In this document: positions 49,601-62,084 of the stretch, one piece after another
Numbering within the stretch: position 1 is the stretch's first letter
Layout of the letters: each line of letters starts with the position of its first letter
Source: Octopus bimaculoides
Lineage: Eukaryota
DNA length: 64,000 nt
Assembly (NCBI RefSeq): GCF_001194135.2
Contig: NC_068993.1
Span: 25,625,583 to 25,689,582 of the forward strand
Reading direction: 5' to 3'
Position numbers and translations under genes: made by a program
Notes under the pieces: model-generated
The model's input: the letters and a program-made list of their open reading frames with translations, nothing else
Told to the model about the DNA's origin: nothing
Database searches by the model: none

Positions 49601-51369
49601 CTTTAATTATGCTACCAAGTGACAAGTGTTGTGAGAAGGAGAGAAGTGGAAGCAAATCAAAATTACTACTATTGTCATTATATCAGAGTAGCTGAAGACA
49701 TTGACTAGATTTTCATGTTACTCTAGGAAAGGATACTGTACCCTACCAGTACTGTATTTGCAAAGAAGCCTGTTATTAGAGACATCTGTTCGCACAAAAG
49801 AGCACCAAATAAAGAAGGTATGATGGTTAGGTGATCATTTTAGTGACAGAATGAAGTTTGATGAACATCTAAAGCCTTCTAATATATTTTCAGGCTAAGA
49901 ATAGGGCATTTTATGCCAAAATATCAGATATATGGACAATTTATTCTGGAAACTGAGTGAAATAAATTGTAACACATATCCATACTGTATGGCTTTATTA
50001 ATTCATTTTAACTTATATAAACAGTACTTCTGAAATATACTCAAAATATTTTAACCACAGACATAAATGCATACACACACAAATAAAAAAGGTGAAAGTA
50101 AACGTGTGTACACACACACTCACACACATTCCACACATTTGTTTTATACATAGATATACATATAAAAAATACAATATATACACACAAACACACATGATTG
50201 ACTGTCAGGCAACAGACAAATTGACTAAGAAGAAAAGGGAAAATGTAGTAAATTAGTTATGGTGAAGCATCTTTTGTTGTTCCAACTTAGGAGGGTGGGA
50301 GTTTGCTGCACTGGGCCATAGCCCCCATCACCACTACCATCTTGGAGAGGGGAAGATGGAAACAATATTAGTGTGAGTGGGGAGAAGGGACATGATAAGA
50401 AAATAACCATAAAGTCTGGAATTTGACAACCAGAGAGAAAGAAAGGAGGAGTTAGATGCAGAGTATTGGTGGGACAGGAGGGTTGTGGAAGAAGTGATGG
50501 AGAGAGGGTGGAACATGGTAAATTGAATTATAGATAAATAAGTGACAAGATGATAAAAGAAACAGCAGGTAAGGAAGACAAAGTGACAAGCTGGAGTGGT
50601 TGATAAATAATAAATAAATCAATAGACTGACAGAGAGGGAGGAGTGAGTAGCTAAACAGACAGTGGGAGGAGGGTTCTAGCCGATGGGGGTGAGGTGGAG
50701 GAAGGGGAAAGAGAAGTGTTTAAGGTAAGCGTGTAAGTAGCTGGCGGTGGGGGAGACTAGAGAGGAAACAACTCCAGAAATAACAGTAATAATGAGAATA
50801 ACAACAATAATAAATACATAACCAGAACTCCTCCCACTCACTTCTCTGAGACAACAATGACAGTAATAGTAAGACCATAATGATGGTGATAATGATTATA
50901 TTGATGATGATGATAATGATGATATTAGTTATAATGACAAAAATCACAACACATCAACAATAATGAAAATAATTCTAATAACATTTTCATAGTTAGACCC
51001 ATATTATATAGTGGAATGTGTGTGTGAGTGTAGGGGTGATAAATCTGATTAAATTAACCACAATTTATTACTGGTATTTATTTTAATGAGCTCAGAGAGA
51101 TGAAAAATAAAGTATTGTGGCAAGATGTAACACAGTTGTTTGTATCTTAATGGTGTAGAGTTAAGTTTGATGTTCGAGTGTCACTGTCAACTTTGAATTC
51201 TTTTATTGCCATAAGGATGATGGAGATGTGGTGGGGGCAGTCAATAAATTAATTTGAAAAAAAGTAAAAGCATGGAAAGCGTCAGTATATAGAAAGGTGT
51301 AAAGGAGATGTTCCATTAGGAGGAAAGCTACTTTGGGCCAAGGAAACCCACAGATTCAGAACTACTCTG

Positions 51370-52620
51370 ATTATAAAGGGTGAGTACCCTTTCCTAGATG
51401 TGTTCTTTAGTCTGTCTTACAAGTACATGTTGAAAGTGGAGACATTATACAGAGTATTCTTACTGTTCTCACCCATCTTTCAGTAAATTCTCTCACCTGC
51501 TTCTCCAAGTAGAACTTGAAACTTGGCTCAGTCCTTTCAGTTTTGTCCACTAACGGTCTCTTCCACCATAACCACAGAGGAAAACTATTTGCCCTTCTGC
51601 CCAAAGGAAAGTGGTTGGGTGGTCCTCACTGGCGATTCAGCTGATAACTGGATCTTGTGTATGACAACAGCTGTTTGACATATTTTCACAGCCAGTAATA
51701 CTTATATACTGAACAAATATGTGCAGAACAGTTTTGTTACTCTGCATGCATCATGGACATGAACTTCTGAAAGCACTTCCATTCTCATAAGAATTTATTC
51801 CAAACCAGCCAAGTCTTCCAATAGCAGTCAAGCAGGGGATTTCTGGAAATTTTCCATAATCCAAAGCTGAAAGTCCCCTAGATCAACCTGTTTACTTGAT
51901 CTTTGTTGACACCAAAAGTCTCCTCAAGAACTTTGGTGCAGTTGCCCAAAACTAGTCCATTTTAGAATAGAATAGTTGATGTACTACCAACTACACTGCT
52001 TGACTGGAAAAGAACTATGAATACCTGCTAATCTGCTAGATGCTAGAAATCCAATCTTATTTTTGCTTGACTCAGGATAGCAGTTCCACTAATGAGATGA
52101 ATTGAGAGAATGCATGCCTAACAAACAGCTTCAGCACTTGCTCACTATCAATGCATTTCTGCAGCTGCTACAGCTGCAATAATTGTTTGAACATCATCAG
52201 CCACAGCAACTAAGTTCTCCATTTATTGGCAGCAAATAAACCAACCAACCAGAGAAATATATCTTTTCCACAAGAAACAAAGCACATGCTCCAAACTAGT
52301 CAAATGAAAATCAGACAATAAGTGGTGGAAGTAATATATGCATTTACCATCACTGCACTCTCTTGCAGAGATATCTTCCTCTTACTCTATTTCATGATGG
52401 AACTACCCACCTAGTTTGTAACTTCATCTCAGTGCCTATCTTGCAACAGGTCTGGCCCAGTTTAGACTCCAAGCAACTTAACAAGACCATCAGTCCAGCA
52501 ATACATGAGCTTGCCTCTCAAGTCCCAAGCTGCAAGCCCTGTTATTTGTTCTGGCTAATGTGTGCTTCAGTTATCACCTTATATTCCTATGTTTATGCAA
52601 AGGATAATGATTCTCTTATA
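51370..52620 (-). mobile_element. Tx1/L1-clade LINE relic (post-RT region and Cys-rich C-terminus)
   Basis: Broken minus translation GLQLGT*..WTDGLVKLLGV*TGPDL..RKISLQE..VNAYI and CP*CMQSNKTVLHIFVQ, ending FTERWVRTVR. Many stops. Confidence 0.6.
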
Positions 52621-52867
52621 TCTGTAGCAAAATTTTCCCAAGAAATAGATTTGAAATATGATTCACTAAAATTTAAACTAAAGACAGCAACCTAAAACTA
52701 GGTATACTTGTAGCTCCGTGATGATCAAATGTAAAACACACTCTTGCATGGCCAATCCTTCTGTAAACTGACTGCCAAACATATAAATAAAAAGAGAAAT
52801 CTTGGCCTGAATGAACCAATCCAAACAGAATAAAGGAATGGAAGAAGAGCCAATCAGGAACAGATCA

Positions 52868-53330
52868 TCACCAACAAATATTCTTTTCTACTCTAGGCAC
52901 AAGGCCTGAAATGTTTTGGGAGGAGGCCAGTTGATTAGATCAACCTCAGTACACAACTGGTAATTAATTTATCGACCCTAAAAGGATGAAAGTCAAAGTC
53001 GACCTCAGCGGAAATTGAACTCAGAACATATAGACAGACAAAATACTGCTAAGCATTTCACCTGGCATGCTAACGTTTCTTATTTCTTTATTGCCCACAA
53101 GGGGCTAAACATAGAGGGGACAAACAAGGACAGACAAAGGGATTAAGTCGATAACATCAACCCCAGTGTGTAACTGATACTTAATTTATCGACCCCAAAA
53201 GGATGAAAGGCAAAGTCGACCTCAGCGGAATTTGAACTCAGAATGTAATGGCAGACGAAATACCGCTAAGCATTTCCCCTGGTGTGCTAACATTTCTGCC
53301 AGCTCGCTGCCTTTGTCACCAACAAATATT
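52868..53330 (-). mobile_element. Chimeric dimer of two family A SINEs with different tails, bounded by one 15-bp TSD
   Basis: TSD tcaccaacaaatatt at 52868-52882 and 53316-53330. Two complete cores, with a junction near 53080. Confidence 0.85.
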
Positions 53331-53599
53331 GAAAGAAATATCCTTAATTTCTATAATACAAATGACAAAGGTCACCTGTGTAGATTATTTTCTGAAGCAA
53401 CATATCAGAATGTGTCAGAGTAGTCTACACTAGTGCCCATGAATTATGTTTGGATAAATAGCAACATAGAAAATATGATTTTCTTATGCCTAGCAACTCT
53501 ATTACAGCTATTTTCCTATGAACCTATTCTAATCTTTGGAAATAATAATGTGAAAATTCTATGGAATGTAACAGAATTCTAGCAGACAATACATAATAA

Positions 53600-53830
53600 A
53601 CTTGACATTATTTCCATGAAACAAATGACAATAATCGACTTCGAAGTGAGTTGAAAGCTAAGGAATTACACCAACTTAGTAGTTGAATCAGAGATATTAC
53701 AGCAGCTAAAGTATGTCTTTGGAATGATACATAAACACTTCCATGAAGACACTGACTGATGGCCTAAAAGGATAGACACAGGAACATTCCAGAAAACAGC
53801 AATACTAATATATGTAAATAGTATATGCAA
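53600..53830 (+). mobile_element. Possible R4-type (REL endonuclease) LINE C-terminal relic
   Basis: KLRNYTNLVVESEILQQLK..FGMIHK..FQKTAILI resembles the KY.DL.IEI..W..K..GALG.I....IQK.A.LG pattern, as recalled; degenerate. Confidence 0.4.
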
Positions 53831-55399
53831 TATTATATGTAAATATAGAACATTCTCACACAGCAATTGTTCAGCTTCCACATTTCTACGCATGTTTTTC
53901 CAAGATGTAGCTAATTCTTTTTGATGTAAGAAAGAAAACTGTTGATGTATTTCTCAAACCATGAATATTAAAGACAATAAAAATAATAATAATATTTTGT
54001 GAGAATGAAAGACTAATCTTTAAAAGTTAATTCAATAGACCATAAATATATTAATGGCACTTATTCTATTCAACCTGGCAAGATTTGAACACAGATGATA
54101 AATGTTGTAGGGCATTGGTTCTAAAACATTTTCTGTTCATGCCAAATCACCACTGTTATGACACACACACAAACAAACACAGACACACACACACAGACAC
54201 ACACACATATGCACACACACACACACACACACGTGCGCACACATGCACACACACATACATACACATTAAATCAAATCAAAATGTGAAGAGTGAAGAAAAA
54301 AATATAGTGAATAAAATACACAGTGTGCGACTGATAGCAATGCCCATCCATATTCTGTGTGTGTGTGTGTGTGAGAGAGAGAGGGGAGAGAGAAAGAGAG
54401 AGAGATATCTCTATATATATATGTGTGTGTCTGTGCCTATGTGTGTATATATATGCAAGAATATGAGAAATTGTGTGTTCATAGACAGGGAAAACAAATA
54501 CTTATATATGATGATGATGATGATGATATATATTTCTCACACATACACATATATATACATTACAAAACTTTAAAAGAAAAAGTAAAATATAGAAAATTGG
54601 AAATGAAATATCAGACCCTAAGGGAGGATCACCATGAAAACCCATACCATTCACGTTATCTCCCAATGAAACAGCTTTATTTCTTTGTCCTGATGGCAGA
54701 CAAACTTGAAGACCAAGTAAATTGGAAACAGTATGAATGTACAAAAAAAAATAAATGGCAGCAAAAGAGAGAGGCACAGGATTTTGTGTAAACAACTACC
54801 ACTACCTTCATCACTATCCTTCTAGGTAGCAGCTTGTAAGTTATCAGCAGATATGCTGCACTTCTAGCTCTCGATATGATTGTAATTTAGGAAAAGCTTC
54901 ATGACTAACCTGCTAGTGAAGAAAATAACCTTTGACCATTTCATGAAGTTTGTGTTGTCAGAGCTAATGTGTATGCTTTTACAGACAAAGGAACAAATAC
55001 CATTCAGTGAGCCTAAATGGCAGAAATGTGATGTGGCAGCAAAGTCATCCTTTATTCTTTTACAGACCAGGATATGTGCTCAACAGTTCAAGACAAGCAG
55101 TCTTGGAAAGGAGATGGTAGGACCTTAGTGCCTACTTTGACCATCTGTTGCAACTCAGCAAAGAACAGTGAGTTCTCAAAAATAAATAAATAAATAAATG
55201 AATAAAACCAATAACAGCAGCTGAGATACAACTGGTGGTAAGTGACTGTATGAAATGTAAATTACTTGGTCTGAGTGGATTGCTACGTGCACTTAACCCT
55301 TTCGTTACCATATTTATTTTGAGACGCTCTGTGTTTCTTTCAATTAATTTTAAATATAACAATGAATTTAGTAAAATAACTTAGTTATCATTAAGCTAG

Positions 55400-55403
<4 letters not shown>

Positions 55404-55431
<28 letters not shown>

Positions 55432-56829
55432 GTTTAACGTCTGCTTTCCATGCTAGCATGGGTTGGACGATTTGACTGAGGACTGGTGAAACCGGATGGC
55501 AACACCAGGCTCCAGTCTAATTTGGCAGAGTTTCTACAGCTGGATGCCCTTCCTAACGCCAACCACTCAGAGAGTGTAGTGGGTGCTTTTACATGTCACC
55601 CGCACGAAAACGGCCNNNNNNNNNNNNNNNNNNNNNNNNNNNNNNNNNNNNNNNNNNNNNNNNNNNNNNNNNNNNNNNNNNNNNNNNNNNNNNNNNNNNN
55701 NNNNNNNNNNNNNNNNNNNNNNNNNNNNNNNNNNNNNNNNNNNNNNNNNNNNNNNNNNNNNNNNNNNNNNNNNNNNNNNNNNNNNNNNNNNNNNNNNNNN
55801 NNNNNNNNNNNNNNNNNNNNNNNNNNNNNNNNNNNNNNNNNNNNNNNNNNNNNNNNNNNNNNNNNNNNNNNNNNNNNNNNNNNNNNNNNNNNNNNNNNNN
55901 NNNNNNNNNNNNNNNNNNNNNNNNNNNNNNNNNNNNNNNNNNNNNNNNNNNNNNNNNNNNNNNNNNNNNNNNNNNNNNNNNNNNNNNNNNNNNNNNNNNN
56001 NNNNNNNNNNNNNNNNNNNNNNNNNNNNNNNNNNNNNNNNNNNNNNNNNNNNNNNNNNNNNNNNNNNNNNNNNNNNNNNNNNNNNNNNNNNNNNNNNNNN
56101 NNNNNNNNNNNNNNNNNNNNNNNNNNNNNNNNNNNNNNNNNNNNNNNNNNNNNNNNNNNNNNNNNNNNNNNNNNNNNNNNNNNNNNNNNNNNNNNNNNNN
56201 NNNNNNNNNNNNNNNNNNNNNNNNNNNNNNNNNNNNNNNNNNNNNNNNNNNNNNNNNNNNNNNNNNNNNNNNNNNNNNNNNNNNNNNNNNNNNNNNNNNN
56301 NNNNNNNNNNNNNNNNNNNNNNNNNNNNNNNNNNNNNNNNNNNNNNNNNNNNNNNNNNNNNNNNNNNNNNNNNNNNNNNNNNNNNNNNNNNNNNNNNNNN
56401 NNNNNNNNNNNNNNNNNNNNNNNNNNNNNNNNNNNNNNNNNNNNNNNNNNNNNNNNNNNNNNNNNNNNNNNNNNNNNNNNNNNNNNNNNNNNNNNNNNNN
56501 NTTTCACCCTGGAATGAGATAGAAGTTGTTTCCTGTTTGTTTACAGTCTTTATTGCACCTGAACATCTGCCACAAACAAAAACTAACTTGCTAGTTAACC
56601 TGCCTTTGATGTTGCTGCACCTCTTATGTGTCCATAGCTTGCACCGGGTACATCTTATAAAGTTACTACCTACTCCTTTTCTACATACTGAGCAGGGCCA
56701 TCTACCTGAAGGGGTTTGTGTTTTATCTACCTTCCTACTTATTAGGATTTTGGTTTTAGCTAGGTTGACTCTAAGGCCCTTCAATTCTAGACCTTGCTTC
56801 CACACCTGAAACTTCTCCTCTAGTTCTGA
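55404..56829 (-). mobile_element. 5'-truncated RTE-clade LINE spanning a gap, with intact C4HC3 finger
   Basis: SELEEKFQVWKQGLELKGLRVNLAKTK is homologous to the 46128 copy. The 3' tail with (CAT)n lies on the left, and tagtgtt is duplicated at 55397-55403 and 56830-56836. Confidence 0.93.
55616..56501. other. Assembly gap (N run)
   Basis: N bases. Confidence 1.
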
Positions 56830-57521
56830 TAGTGTTATGAACATAAATTGTGACTAAGGTTTGGAGGAATATTTTAATTCAAAACTTATGTAAACAAGGC
56901 ATTTGTACTACAGAGCCAGAGTTAGTTTCAGGGTTGGTATCAAAAGGGTTAATGTATACATACCAGACTAGGAGAATTCCTAGTTTAGTAAGCCAGTGGT
57001 CAGTAATGCTGCTGAGGAAAGGATTGGGAAAAAACAGGACAAGGACATTATCAATAGTTTCTGTTCCACAAGTCTACTGACTGAATACAGAGTTTGAGAT
57101 GTCGTTCAAGGAGTACTTGTCATTTGAAGTGTTGTAAGGAAATTGCAGACATGTTTTCTCAGGCATATCAGTGTTGATGACATCCATTTCATATAATACA
57201 ATGTAGCTTATTACTCTCATAAGGCTCTGATTAATTTGGATCAATTGAAAGCTTTTTTATTAGCCTGCCCATCATAATTTAATAGCCGTGCTGGAAGCAG
57301 CTGGTTTCAATCTCATTTTCAAAGATTGTATCACTTCTGCTCAGGGATAACCACCTCTTGAATCATATGCTTAGCCTGTCTGGGGTATCATTTCTCAACC
57401 CTTCAGCATGTAGTAACTCTCAAGACACTGTTGCAGATACTGCAGAAATTAGGTAAGTGAAAGCTATACCTGAAAAACGAAGTGAGCAAAGATGGCAGAA
57501 ACATTGTACATTGCTTCCATT

Positions 57522-57710
57522 AATATACTGGTTCCAAATTTTGGCACAAGGCCAGCAATTTTAAGGGAGGGGATAAGTTAATTACATTAACCCTGAAAGG
57601 ATGGAAGGCAAAGTCAACCTTGGTGGCATTTGAACTCAGAACGTAAAGCAGGATGAAAGGCTACTAAGCATTTTGCTCAATGTGCTAACGATTTTGCTAA
57701 TCCACCACTT
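57522..57710 (-). mobile_element. SINE family A, diverged
   Basis: Family A motifs in reverse orientation. Confidence 0.8.
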
Positions 57711-58465
57711 TCACACTGCCATAAATATATTGACTAGCAGAATTAATGGTAAACCCATTGGGTCATTTCTGAAACTTTATCCAAAAAACCTGAAAGCGTA
57801 ACCTATGTTGTGTTTGTGTCAAAAGACAGATGCTCATCTGGTACTCATTGAGAAGTAAAGGAAATTGGAATATGATGATTAGTTAATGCACTTTATATAT
57901 ACATTTTATTTAGTTTATGCACAAATTTATAGACTTAATATGCAGCACTCATAAAATAAATATTCATTCTTTTTTCCATTTTCCACATGAACAAAAACAA
58001 ATATCCTGTACATATGATACAACCTTTAGCTAAATTGCATATGTCTACCACATAAATAAGTGTGAATATTTCATATGTGCATGCGTTAAGTGATAGGTGA
58101 TATAAAAAAACTTAGTTCAGTTTTTAAAAAATACAGTTTCCACTATCCAATGACCACCACCACCATCATCATCTCTCCCTGCATCTTCTCTCTCCCCATC
58201 TCTCTCCCTCTCCGCCTTTCTTCAACCTCACCATCAGAACATCACTCCTCTGCTAAAATTATATTTCTAACTCTCCTCCTCTAACTTTAACCAATCACAT
58301 GAAAGCATTACAATTACATTCTCTCTACTTCACATCATAAATGCTTCTCTCTCTCTTTTTCTCCCTCATTCTTTTTCTCTTATTTTTTCTTTCTCCCTCT
58401 TTTCTCTAATCATGTGAAAGCGTTACTGACAGATCAAGTAACACAATGACAAGCAAAATTATTAT

Positions 58466-58680
58466 AAGATTTCAAATTTTGGCACAAGGCCAACAATTTA
58501 GGGGAAGTGGGTAAGTCGATTACATTGACCCCAGTGCTCAACTGGTACTTATTTTATCGACCCTGAAAGGATGAATGGCAAAGTCGACCTCAGCAGAGTT
58601 TGAACTCAGAGTATAAAGACATGAAATGTCACTAAGCATTTTGCTTGGCATGCTAATGATTCTGCCAGCTTACTGCCTTA
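58466..58680 (-). mobile_element. SINE family A, full length
   Basis: Family A motifs in reverse orientation. Confidence 0.88.
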
Positions 58681-59021
58681 ACACTCCCTTTAATATAATA
58701 GCACCATACTATTCGGTCTTTATCCAGTTTTTGTCTAACTAGATTGAAGTATTTGATCTTTCATTTGTTGTAGATCAAGAAGGTCCATTTGCTGTCAACA
58801 CTCTCTGCACAAAGGAGTTGAATGCTGCAGTTGATTATATAATAAGTACTTTCTTTGATGCAATACACAATATCTGAGTAGGCATTGCTTCAGTGGGACC
58901 ATTGTCCAGTGGCTAAGTGTGTGTGTGTGTAATATATATTTATATATATGCTTCAGCCATGTAACCATACATGTTCTTTTCTCATACTATTCTTTTCCTT
59001 TTTTCCAGACCTTTCCTCTTT

Positions 59022-59048
59022 CTGATGAAGAGCCATGCTCAAAACATT
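59022..59048 (+). ncRNA. Partial hammerhead-like motif
   Basis: CTGATGA-A-GAGC(CAT)GCTC-AAA-ACAT-T. Stem II is 4/4; G12>A; no convincing stem I. Confidence 0.3.
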
Positions 59049-59762
59049 GTACCCACTCCTTTTTCCATCTTGAACTGTGTCAACCTAATAAATTCACTAT
59101 GAACGTCCTTTTGACTTGGTCGTTTTTGTTTTTATTTCTGATTTGCCAATATATATATATATACATATACTTGTATGCATGCATGTATGTATATTTCAAT
59201 TGTATATGCATATCCATGTACGTAAATAAATTCTGTAATACTGATACTTGGTTTCTGGCAGTTTTCCCCCTTTTCATATTAGAGTCACTAACATTTCTCA
59301 CTGGGTATTTGTAAGGGAATTTTCAATTATGCCATTCAGCACAGCACCATTTAACTTAAGTCTATATGCTTGACTGACTGAATGAATGAATGAATGAACA
59401 GATGGATAGTGGATAAATGGGTGGTTGAGTGGATGGATATGGGTGGGATTGGAAGGATGAATGAATTGATGAATGGATATATATGGATGATGAAGCCTTA
59501 GTTATCTTAGCATCTAGAAAAATGTCTAGAAGAGCTATTTTCATTCAAAAGCTATTAGTGTGGTTCACCCCAAAACTGAAGAATCGGAAATTATAAAAGA
59601 AAAGATGTTACACAGAATAACGAAATCAATGGTGTTGCCATAGTGTGCAAACCAGCTGCGAAAAATTTTATTAATATCAATTCACAGAAAACTGAGAAAT
59701 CCTAAATTTCACTCCTAAGCTATTAGCATCCAAGGTATATATATATATATATATATATATAG

Positions 59763-59787
<25 letters not shown>

Positions 59788-59793
<6 letters not shown>

Positions 59794-60720
59794 CCCAAAA
59801 GTAATGAGAAACGTTCTTTGTGGGACAAGCTTGTGGTAGTTCAAGCTACCACCACCAGGAACCACTTAATGCAATCCTTACGCATCAGTCTGCCATCTGG
59901 CATCATCAACTTACATCATTCTATCATGTGGTGCATCTTTGTCGATTTTTGTGAAATTGTGAAATTGTGAAATTGTGAAATTGTGAAATTGTGAAAACAG
60001 TGGCCAAAACAGTTGTCATGCTTCAAATAGCTAACAAGGATGCTGCCATGAGCAAAACAAAGGTTTACGAGTGGCTTTCATGCTTTGCAAATGGTCACTT
60101 GCTGCTTAAAGATCAACCTCATTCAGAGTGACCATTGACCTCCCAAATAAATGAAAACATCACAAAAATTCATGAACTGATCCTGGAGGACTGTCACCAA
60201 ACAATTGACAAACTTGTTGATATGCCTGACGTGTCCTGGGCTCCTGCAAACGAATTTTGAGCGAGTAATTGCGAATGAAAATAGTTGTAGCAAAATTTGT
60301 TCCTCGCTTACTCAGGGAAAATTAAAAGCAGTCATGACTGAATGCATGTCGTGAGGCGAAAGAACATCTGGAAGTTGATCTGGACCTTTTTTCGAAGGTC
60401 ACCACTGGTGAGGAAAGCTGGTGCTACTGCTATGACTTGGAAATGAAAAAGCATTCAATGTCATCACTTCCCCACAAAAAGTGCATCAAGTGAAATCCAA
60501 TGTCAAGATGATGCTGATTTGTTTCATCGATGCGAAAGGAATTGTCCACATATAATATGTTCTTCAGGGACAAACTGTTAACCAGACAATTTACTTGGCA
60601 GTTCTGAAGTACCCCAACCTGGGGTTAAGTGAGGAGTGGTGGTTTCATCACAACAATGCACCAGTGTATACTGCCTTGAGTGTGAGACAGTTTTTGACCA
60701 AAAATGGCATGACCTCACTT
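59788..60720 (+). mobile_element. Mariner transposase pseudogene, near full-length N-terminal and DD region
   Basis: MSKTKVYEW..F..G...KFVPRLL...KVTTGEESWCYCYD...KMMLICFID.KGIVH...GQTVN...[25 protein letters not shown], with stops and frameshifts; 3' end lost. Confidence 0.9.
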
Positions 60721-60756
60721 ACCTTTTACATGCCACTGGCACAGGAGCCAGTGAGG

Positions 60757-60839
<83 letters not shown>

Positions 60840-60842
60840 CAC

Positions 60843-60873
<31 letters not shown>

Positions 60874-60908
60874 AATACATATGTATATATACCAACATAT
60901 ATATATAC

Positions 60909-61136
60909 CAACCTTTTCAGTAGTTTTGACTGTCCGTTATTCACAGTGCATTATTTTTGTTTGTTTGTGTGCATGTGTGTGGGTTAGTGTATATGTGTGC
61001 ATACACATTCATGTATGTATTTATGTATGTATGCATGTGTGTGTATGAATGCATGTGTGTGTGCATATGTATATATGTATGTACGCGTGTGCATTTGTAT
61101 GTATATATTCTGCATATTCATGTGTTTATGTGTCCA

Positions 61137-61234
<98 letters not shown>

Positions 61235-62084
61235 TGTATGTTTAGTCGTTCCGACTATATGAACATTTGAGACAATATAACAAAAAACAGGCCTCCATAC
61301 TCTACCAACATGCCAAGGACCAACATGGAGGCAACCTGGGTTAACTTGACATCTGCATCTTATCCAAGTACCCAAAGGACCCAACACTCAGACAAATACT
61401 GGAGTACGCCCTCATAAATGAAACATCCCCAGTACAAAATAGGAAATATACATAGTAGATATCATAACCCCATACCCACAGTTTACACAGGTAGAGTAGA
61501 ATAGTGGACTGTTATGTTAGGAGATGTGTGTATGTGTGTGTGTGGGGTATATGTATATATGTATATGCACATATATGTAAGCATATGGATATGAAAGTAA
61601 ACAGATCAACATACAAACGCATAGATACATAGGTTATATGAGCAGACAAGCACACATACGCACACATACACAAATGAAGACTGTAACACATGACTATATA
61701 TACACACACACTTTACTTCACACAAGGACACATATGGAAACACATGCCCACACATATAGAGATACACATCCATACATACAAACACGGTATATAGTTGCAA
61801 AACACACACACACAAACATACTCAGACATGCACACACAAGGAGACAGAGGTACACACACACACACATACATAAAAACACACATGAATATGCAGAATACAT
61901 ACATACAAATGCACACACATACATACATATATACATATGCACACACATACATGCTTACTCACACATGCATATATACATACATACATGTGTATGCACACGC
62001 ACACACTAACCCACACATGTGTACAAACAAAGAAAAAGAACGCAGTGTGAATAATGGACAGAGTCAAATCTATTGGAAAGGTTG
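60909..62084. repeat. Long inverted repeat (60909-61130 / 61869-62084) enclosing a PLE endonuclease relic
   Basis: Unique anchors (ttattcaca.tgc, gtgggttagtgt, attctgcatattcatgtg) and the cryptic microsatellite are mirrored; about 80% identical. Confidence 0.85.
61300..61455 (+). mobile_element. PLE GIY-YIG endonuclease C-terminal relic
   Basis: LYQHAKDQHGGNLG*LDICILSKYPKDPTLRQILEYALINETSPVQNRK resembles the H...H ... RQI.E...I ... N end of PLE endonucleases. Confidence 0.55.

Larger units (their letters stand above)
55293..56952 (+). mobile_element. TTAA-type (piggyBac-like) MITE split by an RTE insertion
   Basis: TTAA at 55293-55296 and 56949-56952. TIRs CCCTTTCGTTACC / GGTATCAAAAGGG. Confidence 0.85.

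Noticed and set aside
53666-53893. Cys-containing minus ORF with a TTTTAG acceptor-like site
   Set aside because: No EGF or Cys-rich module spacing and no phase-1 donor. The plus strand is better explained as a LINE relic.
54648-54704. Possible 57-nt phase 1-1 minus exon (CLPSGQRNKAVSLGDNVN)
   Set aside because: AAG acceptor, one Cys, no domain resemblance; indistinguishable from chance.
55486-56844. Long ORFs of 300-425 aa
   Set aside because: Length is an artefact of N runs. Only the RTE part at 56502-56829 is real coding-derived sequence. The same applies to ORFs across the other gaps.
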